Notes: generated from the sequence alone by a model not told the origin. Positions 10,330-23,645 are shown, numbered from the stretch's first letter. The stretch is 64,000 bases of DNA from Eutreptiella sp. 'Long Island Sound 2002' (GCA_964036045.1 OZ038378.1:177568001-177632000), one strand, 5' to 3'. Numbers and translations: made by a program.

Positions 10330-12430
10330 AGCAATAAGTCCTCAAAAAAATACGGTCTGAACAGGAGTGTTCATTGGACACAACGTTCGGTACCCAACCA
10401 ATTCGGTACCTTAACCGGGTACCGAATTAATTAAGTCCCAAAAAATTACGATCCGGACGGGAGTGTTCGTTGGACAATGCATTCGTTGGCCATAGAACGA
10501 TGATGGTCGTCACCCTCCGCAGTCACTCCGGGATCAATCTCAGTGCAACGTCACAAATGCAGCGCCGGAGGCGCCGCCACAGATTGTCCAGCGTTCAATC
10601 CCCTCCCTCTCTTGTGATCCCCCCGCATCCGGCACTTGCCCTGGGGGTTGTCACTCACATCTGTGCTAAATTCGTTGGCAATAGGACGACGATGGTCGTC
10701 ACCCTCCGGAATCACCCCAGGAACTCTCTCAGTGCACTGTCATGAATACGGCGCCGGAGGCGCCGCCACAGCTTGTTCATCAAGTACTGCACAGGCCTTT
10801 AGGCTCTGTCGGTACTTTCTTGATTACCCCTGCCCAGCCCGCCTTCGGCACTTGCCCCGGCGAGTGCCACTCACATCCGTGCTACATTCTGATGAACCCA
10901 ACGACAAACTATCCCGCCGGGCGTCACTGCCACCGGTGCCAACCCTGACTTTTTTAATTTCTTTTCTTTAACTCGTGGCCGAAGTTCCTCCAAGTGTCCA
11001 ACGAGTGTACACATAGCAGGTCATGGGTCATCGTGCCAACCCCCGAGTCTGAGCCCCCATTTCCCGAAGAATGTGACGAACTGCACATTGACGCCATGGC
11101 ACTCGACCCCCACTGTCCAGTGCATCCTCCGACGCCGAAGACATTCCTTCCAACCCCAACGCCTCCCACTGCGGTTCGACACAACGCCTTTTCCCCTAGA
11201 GACCCACGTTAAATCCAATATGTTAAATTTTCAATTTTAATATTTGAAGGTCATTAAAGTTTAAACGAAAAGCTTTAACATGTTAAACCAAAAATTTCCA
11301 AATTTTAAACCTTTGCAATGCTATTTGCATGCGGATGCTAGGGTCTTGTGGTTGTTTTATGTGGTACAATGTTGGACAATGGGTTTGTAGAGATGTCACA
11401 TTGCCGAGGGGTTGGGTTTTCAACCCCTAGTCCCTTTCTTTGGGTCCACCTCCAACCCCACTCTGCACCCACTTTTCTGTTGTGTAGCTCTTGTTTGTTA
11501 TGCCTTTCTCCCAGGATACCATTCTCGAGATTAGTATGACGCTTGTGTGTTTGAGTGGAGCCAAGAGTTCGCGAGACCCGTTGGTCTCCGGACTCCTTGG
11601 TGAGTGCGTGGCTTCATCACCCTTGGCCGAGGCCCGATGGGTGGAGGCCTACCCCTCCCTTGTTTGCACCAAGCAAGTGGAGGGGGTGAAGCCCGTGACC
11701 GCCCGTGACTATCCCCCCCCCCCCCCCGCTAGTGGTCATAGTTGGACCGTGCGCTTGTGGGCCTAGTACATTCAATCGCGTGCACCACAAGTGGCCACCA
11801 TTGATTGGGGGCGGCCCCTCCCGTTTATTGTATGTGGGGATGCATATACGCGCACGAGTGGGAGTTGGACCCCATTATCCATTGGGCTCCCCAACCATGG
11901 CAAATGGGGGCGCACACCCGCCTATTCGTGGGTAATTGGGATGGCCGTGTGCGGGGATAAAGAGATATCCGCTTTGGCCACTATATGGGCTGAGTCAAAA
12001 TTTAAAGGCGAGGCCCATTTTAATATTTTCACCCATGTACACCGGTACGCCCCCCCCGGCTAACAAACATGATAAAATGACAGCCACACACACAAGGCAC
12101 CCCGTGGGAGTGGAAATTTTACCAAGCAACCACTCTATCCCCCCGCAAAAAAGGGCAACTTTCGTTTAACGGATTAATTTTTGGCCAAATATTAAATATA
12201 TTGACTTTAACGTGGGTCTCTAGGATCGGCACAGCCCTCAGATTATTGGGGTGGGCTTGTCGCCCCTGCTCCGCCAGTCGGTCTGCACCTGCGTTTCCCT
12301 CCACCCACAGGCGTGATGGGACCCATCGTATCATGAGCTCTGCACCTGCCCCCTTCTGCTAAATTCGTTGGACAAGGGGGGGTAGGAGGGGACAGGGGCG
12401 ATGTCGTCTGGTGATAGAATTCTGGGCGGT
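10330..12430 (-). mobile_element. 3' remnant of an RNase H-bearing retroelement, interrupted by a MITE, with a duplicated 3' terminal segment
   Basis: IRWVPSRLWVEGNAGADRLAEQG (12334-~12260) matches the RNase H1 C-terminal motif WVPxHxGxxGNExADxLA. Tandem duplications lie at ~10470-10770 and ~10330-10500, and a short homologous end piece is at ~18050-18120. Confidence 0.55.
11199..12220. mobile_element. ~1-kb TA-flanked MITE inserted in the RNase H remnant
   Basis: GAGACCCACGTTAAA at 11199 and TTTAACGTGGGTCTC ending at 12220, each flanked by TA in a cc-TA-gg context. Similarity extends into AT-rich subterminal sequence. Confidence 0.8.
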
Positions 12431-12680
12431 CGGGTTGGGCAGATGTGCCGCGAAAAGGGGTGGGTGGTTGCGCCGGGGAACAGGGATGGGCGGCTGCGCT
12501 GGGGACAGGGATGGGCGGCTGTGCCGGGGGAAAGGGCACACATATAGATACACCCACACACAAATATACACACGCACCCACACACATGCACATATACATG
12601 CACACTCACAAACACACACACGCACGCACGCGCACATGCGCGCACCGACACATACACGTCTGAAATGCAGACAGAAACAC

Positions 12681-12938
12681 CTCATCAGCGTCCTCTGGCC
12701 CCTGTGCCTCTGGGTCCAGCTCCTGCCAGCGGGAGTCGATGCGCTGACATGCCACGCACTGATATGTGGCCGGGCGCGGCCATGGCCGGTCCTGCCGGTG
12801 CCCGCAGAAGTGCCGGTAGGAGTAGATGGTGCGTGCCGCGCGCACCTCCGGCGGCAGGTGATTCCCGTACCAGCCGTAGATGGTTTGGAGGCGCTCGTCC
12901 ATCGTCTGCGGGCCGCGCCGCCGCATGACGAACACCAT
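12681..12938 (-). CDS. Probable first coding exon of hypothetical gene A
   Basis: aacaaaATGG start, 86 GC3-rich codons (MVFVMRRRGPQTMDERLQTIYGWYGNHLPPEV...EDADE), donor GAG|gtgttt. Confidence 0.75.
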
Positions 12939-13854
12939 TTTGTTGCGCCCCGGGCAACGCCCCCCGGAGTCTCAGGGTGGCACAAAAGCAGCACGGTCGG
13001 GCTAAAGTGCTGGCTCACAGAGCATGAACAAGGGGTCAGCAAATACAACGGACAGCTGTGCGGAAGCGGTGTGGCGAGGGTTGTAGAGCGGTGGGTTGAA
13101 CATGGGGTATGGCTCAGCTGCAGAGCAGATGCCACACAAGCAGCAGGACTGCAGCAGGGGTTTGTTCCGCGATGTGCGCAGGTGGTGTGCATAGGCGGCC
13201 TGTCCAAACCAGGACTGTATATTGGGACCCAGCTGTTGTGGAAAAGAACATGGCGCATTGTGTGCACCACACTCCCTACAATGCACACTGCGCACTTCGG
13301 ACACTGCAGAATGTGCACTTTGCACGGTACCCCCCCCCCCCTTGTCCTTCCCCACCCCAGGGAAGACGGTCCCCCACCACCCCCTGGGGGACGGTCACCA
13401 AGTGACAGCCCCCCCCCCCTCCCCTAGGGGAACGCACTACCACCGTACACGCACATTTGCAAGCACAGAAATTGCAGCATAAAAGGAAAGAATTCAGCAT
13501 AATATACGTTCAAAGGGCTGCCAATGTACGGAGACCTACTCCTTGACCAGCTCAGTGTAAAATTTCTTGGTCCTGCTCCACTTCACCTTGAACTCTTGCA
13601 CATGCTCTCCACTTTCCACTGGAATGCTTTGGGCAGCACTCTTGGGTGGTGGTTTTGCCTTCTTGGTAGGAGGCTTGGCAAGCGCAAGCGGATTTTTGGG
13701 AACCCATTTCCCTTCGGGAATGTCCCTTGTAAAATACAACTTGTTCCCAAAACTGTGTCCCATACCCCATACACCACGGGCACTCTTCACCCACACAACC
13801 TCCGTGTCAGAATTCAGGTCACTATCATCATCCGTCACATTTGTCCGGTCCCAG

Positions 13855-16570
13855 CAGACTTTAATTAACCACTATCCAAAGGCCATTTGACTAGTGACTA
13901 GCAACTTGTTTGTTTTGGTGAAAATTTTTTGATTTTTTTTACCTTTTTTTAACAAATTGTTTACAAAAATGGTCATTCTGCGGATGCTTGCCTCCTTTTA
14001 CCTATTCCTTCCATTTGCAGGTTCATAGGACACAACTTTGTTCCATGTGGCTAGTACCGTTGAGCTCTGTATAATTCTCTAGTACATGTTCAGATATGTT
14101 TGTATGTTTATTAAACATGCTTTCCTGGGTGTGGTTTATTCATGGTTCCTTGCAGGATGTTATTCTTCAATTTTGGTACAAAGCAAATCCCATGCCGTTT
14201 AGTCTTGGATGTTCCCAGTCCTTGTTTATTTTTGGGACCTTCATTCAACTGAAAATGATTTTTCCTCCGTGCCTTGTTTTTTCCCCCGCTGTTTGCGTTC
14301 GCATGCTAATAATAATCTTGGTTCATCCCTTCGTGTAATCCATACCCTGCACATGAAACAACAACACAACATAAGCAAAGGGAACATCTTTGTATCGGAA
14401 TGCTTGTACGTTTTTATGTGCGCGGGCTCCGCTGCCCCACTGCGGTTGCTTTAGTACTCCGGTGGCCACTCACTCCCCTCCCGCTCCCTGACTGCCCTGC
14501 AGTCGTGCTTTTGCCCGAGGCAGAAGCGCCCCTCCCCCTCACCCTCCTCCTCCTCCTCCTCCTCCTCCCCTTCACCACCCTCCTCCCTCTCGTCCTCCTC
14601 CTCCTCCTGTTCGTCATTGTCCACGTCGACGACGTTCCTTGGGGCTGCTGCTGGACTTTGCTCCACGAAGTCATTGTTCGCTGCCGCCACACATTGCCTT
14701 GCCGGGGGGCCTGAGAAGCAAAGGCGGACCCACAGGCCCGGGATGTGCAGCAGCATGTTGCATATTACAAATATTAGTTCCCTGGCTGCACACTACTGCA
14801 CACTACTCACACTACTGCACACATACGCAAACAAACCTACAGGCTCCGCCCCATTTCGGTTATCATCGGAGTCCTCTAAATGGTACGCCAACATTTTTTT
14901 CATAGCATCCTCCATGTCCTTAGGGAGGTGGTTCCATTAGTTTCACCAACTCCTCGTTCCCAGAATGTGGTGGGATCCTTCGGAGGTTTCCTGCAGAGAG
15001 CAAAAAGGACTGTACTGCACGGTATTGTACTGTACTGTACTGTACCGCACTGTACTGTACTGTATTGTACTGTACTGTGCCATACTGCACTGCACTATCC
15101 TAGACTTTGCTACGCTTGGCCTGCTTTTCCCCCCAGTCCTTGCAACTTCTCTTCTGCCCCACCCCTGCCCTGCAGCACATGAGAGGGCAAGGTTTGAATG
15201 ATTGACGTCACGCGACCACCTTATTGCCACAAGGCCTAGGACACACAGTGTGTGCCCAACCGTTGATGATACTTAAGGGAGCACAGCATGAAGTTCGAAG
15301 TACCTTGGACGAAGGGAACAGAGTGGCCAAGTTGAGGGTATTGCTGACATGCAATGCACCACATCTTCTCCCTGGTAGCATCATACCTTAGCCAAGACCG
15401 GGTAAGAAGCCACTCCCTTTTGAACTGCCGTTTCTTGGGGGGGGGGGGGGGTAGGCGGCCGGCGCCTCTCAACACAAGAGGTGCAAATGCCATTTGTGGT
15501 GCACCCTGGATGCACGCGGAAATGACACTTGTGACATTCCACATCGAGCGTGGACACTTCCTGTCCACAAGCACGGCAGGTGCACACAAAGCAGTGCACG
15601 CTTGTTCCAACCATGGTCATGCACGCCTCATCAACCACCTTGGGCCCCTTGTGGCACCTCTGACATGAATACTTGGTGCCACAAATGTTTGCGCCACAAC
15701 ATGCACACCTTACCGGAACAAGAAGAAGAGGAGTTAGGGAGGGGGTGGGACGTGAGGAAGATGGAGGCGGGGCAGCCGGCGCGCCTGAACTAGACGCCGG
15801 CTTGTTCATGGTGAAGGCCCAGCATCCCGCGTGCCATCCGTCTTGGCAACGCGCATGACCTGGGTGTGGGCCAACTTCGTCAACGACCCACCGTCAGGGG
15901 AGTGCAGGTACCGGAGGGCAGCCAAGGCATTGTTGAAATCCATCCAATCGGCACCCTCGGGAGCGACCGGACCGAGGCGGCGCATCCAGACATCACCACC
16001 CATCCCGAGATGCGAGATAGGAAAAGACGGTCTCAAGGGTGAACAAACAAGAAGACGAGAGATGATAATTCTTCTGGGAGAATGGAGAAACATAGGAACC
16101 ACCGAAGTTCAAGCTTTGTCTATGTATTTATGCTACTGCGCACGGACATGCACCGAATTACAAGTGAGAACTTTGTTTATTTTGGGTTGAAGCTTTTTGT
16201 TCTAATGTGGACCTACAAATGCAAGCCGTCACGAAGTGCCAAGAGGCACATTTCCAGAACCTCTTCGTTCTAAGCGGTCATGTGCCCGTGGGCACCAGAT
16301 GTCGAGTATGATTGTTACTTTACGGAACCCTATTTAAGTGACACCTACCCGAAATGACGACTAGCAAGCGAATGGCACAACAAGGCAACCCAAAACCTTC
16401 CCCAATGCATGCAACAATATGTGAAAACACCGATAAACATCAATAAACATCAATAAACATCAATAAACCGCGATTCTCTCCCAAAAACGGGCGTTTTTTC
16501 GAAAATAAACGCATAAACGCGTTTATTTTGAATTTGACTAGCGACTAGAATAGCTGTTAATTGAAGCCTG
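13855..16570 (-). mobile_element. hAT element copy 1 (2716 bp), internally deleted: keeps the N-terminal domain, double Cys-rich finger and TTF-type Zn finger; no catalytic core recognised
   Basis: TIRs CAGACTTTAATTAAC and GTTAATTGAAGCCTG; TSD GGTCCCAG/GGTCCCAA (7/8). ORF pieces 16102-15806, 15809-15381 and 15610-15236 align by eye with copy 2. Confidence 0.9.
15009..15095. repeat. (TGTAC)n microsatellite inside hAT copy 1
   Basis: Repeated tgtac units with a few variants. Confidence 0.9.
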
Positions 16571-19500
16571 GGTCCCAAGGGGGAACATGGTTGTGCTGTC
16601 AAGTTCCATTTCAGTAAAAAGTAAGCAAAATGTCCCGCAATGAGTGCAAAGGATACAAGTGGCAGTGCCCCACAACACAGTCACCCACACAACAACACAA
16701 TGAGCCGTAACGAAAAATTTTGGGTTGACCAAGTGACGCCCCCCCCCCCCCCAGGGAACGACAAGGGGCGGGGAACGACAAGGGGGGGGGGGTACACACT
16801 GCGCACTTCAACGACCGCAAACTGCACAACCATGCGCTCGGCACACTACACCCATTTTTGACCAATTTCTGAACCACAAGTGACCCCTGGTGACCGACCA
16901 CGGTCCACACACCCCATCCAAGTTGGGGGCAATACATAATTCTTCATGTGTGCCTTGCACACTACAAGCAGAGTTCACCCATAATCCGACAACGGCAATC
17001 AACCAAAAATCTCTCAGTGTACTCCGCACAACATCTGCCAACATCAGTGTTCATCATTATTCATCACCAAGGCAATACATGGCGCTAATCGAGGTCAAAA
17101 GTAAATGGCTCGTGAAAAACTAGACATCTCGAGTCCACTTTCTGGCCTTTTCTTTGACGCTCCCCCAAATGCCCCTCAAACAGGCTGCTAAGTGGGCCAA
17201 AAAACTTTCAAAATGTGATGCAAAGTGTTTTATCATAATTTAGATTGGGTCAATGCATATGGCCCCAACCACATATGTACAATATGTTGTGAAAGAGGAC
17301 TTTTTGGCCCTGTGTTGACAATTTAGCAAACCAACCACCTGCACTTCGGTCCCTGCCAACGGCAAACTTTGCAGTGTCTCACTTTCTGTGGCACACCCCC
17401 TCTCTATGTTCTGCTTGGCTTCTCCCACAATGCTGCCATTGGCCCCTGACCCCAGTTCTAAGATTAGGGGTAGGTGGGAGTGAGGGGGAGGGGACCAAAG
17501 ACCTAACACTAACTTGGGCCTGACCCTTCATCCTACCCCATGATAGTTACAACCTGATGTCCTCCAGCCCAGTCTTGAGCCGTTTGCCTATACACAATGT
17601 GGGATAGACTGAAATTTTACTGTGTGTCGCAGGCATAAAGAAAAATCTCCGCCGCCGTTGGCACCAACATGCCCAGACCACTATGAGGGGGGAGTGGTGC
17701 TGAGGGAGGTTACAAAGACTGGGTCCCACTCCATGCTTGCAGGCAACGTTTAGCACGCCGGGCAAATGCAAAATATGACGGAAACAACACCTATTGTTGT
17801 TCTAACCCGGGCGAAAACACTGCTCAGGGGCACGTTTGCGGGCACGCTTGGGAGCAGGCACAGAGGTTGGCTGTGTAACAGGAAGGTTTGCAGGGACAGA
17901 TGCATCATATTCCGAATCCCTTTGGCGAGCCCACTACAGTATACTGCACCACCAATACCCTGCATGTGACAAACTGAAGCAAAGAGCAGAATGGGGCATG
18001 ATAAGTGCAAAGGGGGATGAGCAAGTGGTAGGACCTAATTAAGTACCTAATTAATTAGGTCCTCAAAAAGTACGGTCCGAATGGAAGTGTTCGTTGGACA
18101 CAGTGTTCATTGGACATAGGGGGTACAAAGTGTATCACTCTGCTGTTTTGGCTCCTGTTGACCTTGAGCTTCAGGGTCCAAAGCCCATTCAAGATGGTGC
18201 ACCGTGCCCCAAGCTGCACATTGCTTCAAATCATGATTGGTGTCAGCCCCAATGCAGCAGCAATCGTTCATCAGTCCCATTCTTGGGCACTTGCAGTTGA
18301 TGGTTGCTGGCATTGCTGTATGCAGTGATCCACTCCACCGACACTCCCCATTCAAATCCCCCAAGGGAACGCCAGCAAGGCCCCAAACCCGCTCTGCAAG
18401 AACTTGGCCGTCATGTCCTTGACAAAAAGAAGGCCAAATTCTATTGGGGCGCACCGTGCGCTGTGCCCGCGCTGTGCGAAAAGTCGGCTGTTTTCCACCA
18501 CATGTAGCCACGGGTCCCAGGGTCCTGAATTCTGCACCCCATGCTGTTTTGAATTGATCATGCATGCTTCTGTATGTAGGAGGTTTTCAGGGGTGTTCCC
18601 GGGATAAACAACATAATAATTGGCGCTGCGTTCGCGCTGTCCGTGCGCTGTGCGAAAACGCCCCCTAGGAGGAGACCAGCCAATTTGCTCTCTATCAAGA
18701 AGTAGCAGAAGACGAGAAACTCCACAGCCTTGGTACAAGGGCAAGTGTGGAACATTGCTTTGCCCTGTTGTGTCATGAGGTGGCAGTTACGGACTGTTTC
18801 CAACCGAGACTTCCATGCAGTGCGGGAGCCATAACACGCCACAATGTGGCGCTGCGCCTTTCCCAAGGGGTTCCCTTCCAGCAATGGTAGGCCCGAGTGT
18901 GTTGCAGGGGTTTCAGGCCATCCCTCTCCTTAGGCAACCACATGTGCTGTGGACCCCCGCCCAAGGAAGATGTGGCCCAGGCCCAGGGAAACCACACCTC
19001 ACGTTGCTCTGACAACGGGGGCTATTTGTAAACCAAGCAAAGCAGGACATAGCTCCAAAAGTTGCGGAAAGAACGCCTCCTGTTGCGCTGACAAGGGCGG
19101 TGTTCTTGCAAAGGGGGGGGGGGGGGGTCGGTTGGCAGGGTTGCCAAGCAACACCAAAAATTGGTCCAGCAGCAAAGAGGAAAGAAAGATGTGCCATGTG
19201 AACAATAAACCCTTTGGCCGAGGGCCGTAGACCAGTCGATGCCTCCCGTACTGTGCAGGTACTACAGCACCAAAACCAGAGGGGGCTGCAGATACCGCAC
19301 CGTGTGTGCCTGCGATGCATTGTCGTAGAACGGGTCTGCAATGCTGTCAGCCATCAGCCCCCTCAGGCACTTTCCGACGATGTCGTTTCAAGAGAACGCA
19401 AACACTACAACGTTTTGGCACTGGAGTTTCTGTTTCCAAGGCAAAAAAAAAAAGTCGCTCCACTGAATGTGCCCTTGCCTGATTGACCTCAGCTTCCAAT

Positions 19501-22500
19501 GCCCTGCACAAGGACAGGCTCATGGACCCCCCCCCCCTACGCTTCCTACTCTACCTGGGCACCACGTGCGATAGAAGTGCCGCGTATGCAACCCGGGACA
19601 CGCAAAAAGGGAATATGTGCAGCGTCTGGGCCGAAATACAGAGTGAACATGCAACTTTGAGGTCGTGTGCATGTGAAGCGCGATGCGTGAGCCACGTTCG
19701 GAACCTGGAGAGGCAGTAAAGGTGCAAAGGAGCGGTCTCTTGGCCGACTGCACAGAGTTCGTGGTTTGGATCCCCTCTAATTGACCAGGAGTCCTTGTCT
19801 TGTGACGCATCCATTGAGTCAAAGGAGTAGCCGCTTGACAGTGCTCAGCCCGTTTCTGGAACTGAAGAGGCGCCCAGATTCACTCAGCTCTCCTGATTGG
19901 AGGTCCATCAAAGGAATGGCGTGCAGAACAAGTCAACGTCCCCTTTCTGCCGCCCATGTTGTTGGAGTAGGTGTTGTGTTGGAAATACACTGGGTGCATG
20001 GGCCATCCGCGGGGTTCCTTCGCCCTTGCACAAGAAGCGCCGAAGTAGGGGTAAACCAAGGTCAGAGGGCGCGTGCTCACACAGGAATCACAGACACATG
20101 GTTCTTTTTTTTGGGGGGGGGGGGCATTACAGCTACCCAGGGTACCCGGAGGAAATCATCAAAACAAATAGAACTGGGCCTCTGCAACTGCGCCAACTAC
20201 TGCAACATCTTGAGTAACGACGTCACAAACTTATATCCCGTCTGCATCTTTGGCGACGTCTGTCTGCAACACTTTGGCTCAGATTCGGGTGCAACTGACC
20301 CCTCCATATCCGCACAATGCATCTAGACCCGCGACTTGGACACCAAAGACATGCCATCTCACATTCTGGGCTGCAGAAAATGCGGTCAGGAAAACCATAG
20401 TCAGATGGGTTCGCTGTGCCGAGACTTGCCTGTGCTCGCAAAAAGGGTGGGGAGTCGGGGAACTGGCGAGAGGACAAGGGCTCCTACTAGGCTGTGAGGT
20501 AGTGTTGGCGCACAATGACGGAATTAATCCACGTGTACTGTTGTTTTCTGAGGCAGCGTATGCTTTGAGCTGCTGATGCACTGGCAAAGGGAACGAGGAC
20601 CTGTGTGCTTTCATGTGTGCTTTCGGAACAGCTCTGCAATCCGCTGTACAGCGCACAGGACTGATCCACGACCAGCCCTCTGCTACCGACGGACTGGGGC
20701 TGCCGATTGATAGCCAAGGCCCCTAAACACGCAGCATGCATTCTGATGAAACTCCTTCTTTTTCTTGATATCCCAGCAAAAAGACTCCGTAGGAGAGACA
20801 AGCCAAGCCTCCACTCACTGGTTGGCCTTAAGAGCAAGGTAATGTAGTATACTTGAAGCAGCCATGTTGCACCATTTCATGTACACACCTCAGAGTATGC
20901 CGCCGGACCTCAGGCGTGCCCCCTAATGGGAAAGGATGCAGAGTGCACTTGGGTGGTGCCCTGCCCAAGCTGGGCGATCAAAATGTCAAAACCCAAGGGG
21001 GATTTTGCTTCTTGGAGTTACAAAATACATGGGGCTAGTTTCAGGGAGGCTGCAAGGTGCTGAGCACCACCAGACTCAGTCCTGAGCGTCAACCAAATCC
21101 AAGCATTTGTGGCCGTTGCTCCCCCCTGCTTTACCGGAGGCTCGCTCCACACATGCTTCCACCCTTGGCTCACGCCTCAGCTCCAGTAGCCATGAGAGCA
21201 TTTTGTATGTGATGTGTGTACCAAGGCGGACTGATGTGTGTGGGAAGGGGGTCTGGGGTGACGGGGTTACGGATTTTTTAGTGACAGGGTTTCTCAATCT
21301 CCAGCATTTGTGCCTTCACAGGGCTGCTTGAAGTGGCAGGTGCCCATCGAACAATGCAAGAGGGTGTGATCTGCTGATCAGACATGCTGCACCAAAAATA
21401 TCATCATGGTTGAGCGAAAATGACCAACTCTGGGTCAGAACAAAGAGGGATATTTGACGGAAGGCAGTGATCACAGAGGGCAGAGAGCACAGAGTGTACC
21501 CCAGAACATCTGGAGTGCAACCAGGGGAGGGGTGGGGGGGGCTCCCTGTTCAGTGAATTGCGTCAATGGGCAGCAGGCTATTTCCTCAGGCAGCTGATGA
21601 TGTCAGGCGGGGGGGTGAACGAGTGGGCATCAGACGAGGAGATGGTAGTGCACAGCACCATGCCACTGACAAGCTGCCCCCCTTTCAGTTGCGCAACCCT
21701 GGCCCCAGCTGGGGCGAACACACGGGCAGAGGTGGCCCCCAGCGTACACAACGCTGTACTTACGTGTGGTACACGAGTATTCCGCCAAAAGGCCGCAGCT
21801 GAATGTGGACTCATTGGCGCTCCCAATCCACTCCACTTCTGCAAGGGTGCACTGCGGGTGGTTGCACAACTGTTGAAGGGCAGTTGGCAGCAGTCAAAGG
21901 CAGGTAGAACGGAATGGACCGACACCCTGAAAGCGGGGGGGGGTCCCCCTTCAAGCGCACCTCTGGCGGGGTGCTGCAAGGCAACAGCGCACGCAGAGGG
22001 CAGCAAGTCTGGGCTGTTGAGTGCGCACACGTGGGCGAATGGGGGGGGGGGGGGGCGCTGCACTCTGCCCCTCTGCATCTGCGCGTTTTGTGCCTTGGAC
22101 ACGGCCGTGCCTTGCGCCGGCCCCATGGAACATCAACCACAGGCATGTTTCTCCCTGCGTTCCCTGCTACGAACACGCAGGACACCCGGGCCTTGATCGG
22201 CCCCTTGCCACCTGCGCAGTTAACAAAGGGCACCTGGGACAGCACCCAGCCCCACTTGGGGCTCGATCGCACGACCTCTAAGGCAGGGTGTTGTGATGCG
22301 CAGCAACAACTCGTACATGTCTGGCACGGCCATTCTTTCCCAATACCATGGGCTCAAGTCCGTGTCGGCTCACTTTCACAACCATAGAAACATCAGTTAG
22401 ACAAGGAGGCACGCTTGCACAAAGGAGGGGGCTGGATACAAACATTTGCCAGAATCAGAACACCATTGCACTCTCTGTCCATTCAGGCCCCCCAAAAATC

Positions 22501-23510
22501 CCGCCCGGTTGCATCTGTTCTCTCCGTCCGCAGTGCACCCCTTGCGGGCGCCTTCCTCTGCCTCTGATAGCGTGTTGGGGGGGGGGGGGGGTAACATGCA
22601 GAGCCACAAGCACGGCCACAGTCACAGTCAGAAGAACAGCCACAGCCCCAGCCACAGCCACACAAACGGCCCAAACCACAGCTACAGCCACAGCCAGAGC
22701 CATAACCACCGCAGCAATAACACGCACATCGGACATCAGTTAGCGCTGGTTAGGAGGGGTCAAATGCGGGGGTTCGAAATGTTGTAAGGGCAATCCACTG
22801 CGGATTTTGCCGGCAGTCCGAGGGTCGCGAGGGAGACCACCCTTCCCTGAGCAAGACCCAGCGCCATGTCCCACAAACGGAGGACCCACTTTGTGCGTTC
22901 AAGCCCCAGTCTGGCCAATCTCCCACAGGGGGTCACGTGGTGTAGGGCGCCTCGGGGATGTAGTTCCCTGAAGATGGTCGCTGGTTTGTCGGTTAGTCAA
23001 AAGCCATTCGGGGACTGCCGGCGGCTGACGAGTAACCGCCGGCAGTCGGGGGCCAACCAATCCTTCCCCTTTTGGCACCCTCATGTCTCTGTGCAGAGCA
23101 CCTGCTCCCCCCCCCCTCAAGTCCTTGGCAGCCCGGGTCGCTCTCGTCCTTCCCATTCCCCCGATCCTGCGGAGTCTGCGCCTTGGCCACGTCCGGGCAG
23201 CAGCATGGAGGAGACAGGACAGCGACCAATAGGCCGCGCCTGTCATGAAACTGAAGGGCCAAATCATGCCACCCTGGGCGCATTGAATTCAACTAACCCC
23301 CCCAGCCCCTGCTCAAGCACAGCCAATGAGGTCATGTGGCTCAGGGGGTCATCGCGTGACACCTGAAACAGAGGTCCCCGGATCGAGCCCCAGGTGGGGC
23401 ATACGCATGAACGCACCGCCCCGGGCGCTAGGGTGACAGTGACCCTGCGAGCCGAGGAGGGGCGCTGAGTGGGATACAGTTACACTGGAGCCCAGAGATC
23501 GCCTGGGCAA

Positions 23511-23645
23511 CCTCACCTCACCTCACCTCACTTCACCTCACCTCACCTCACCTCACCTCACCTCACCTCACCTCACCTCACCTCACCTCACCTCACCTCA
23601 CCTCACCTCACCTCACCTCACCTCACCTCACCTCACCTCACCTCA
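23511..23645. repeat. (CCTCA)n microsatellite, ~27 units
   Basis: Near-perfect pentamer run. Confidence 0.97.

Larger units (their letters stand above)
13330..16792. mobile_element. TA-flanked element (~740 bp once the nested hAT is removed)
   Basis: TA-CCCCCCCCCCCCTTGT at 13328 and ACAAGGGGGGGGGGG-TA ending at 16794; internal CCAAGTGAC motifs near both ends. The flanks rejoin as one gcac-rich repeat also seen at ~25480-25600. Confidence 0.75.

Noticed and set aside
10330-10780. CRISPR-like repeat-spacer pattern
   Set aside because: The repeats are long degenerate tandem duplications without regular unique spacers, there are no cas genes, and the context is eukaryotic.
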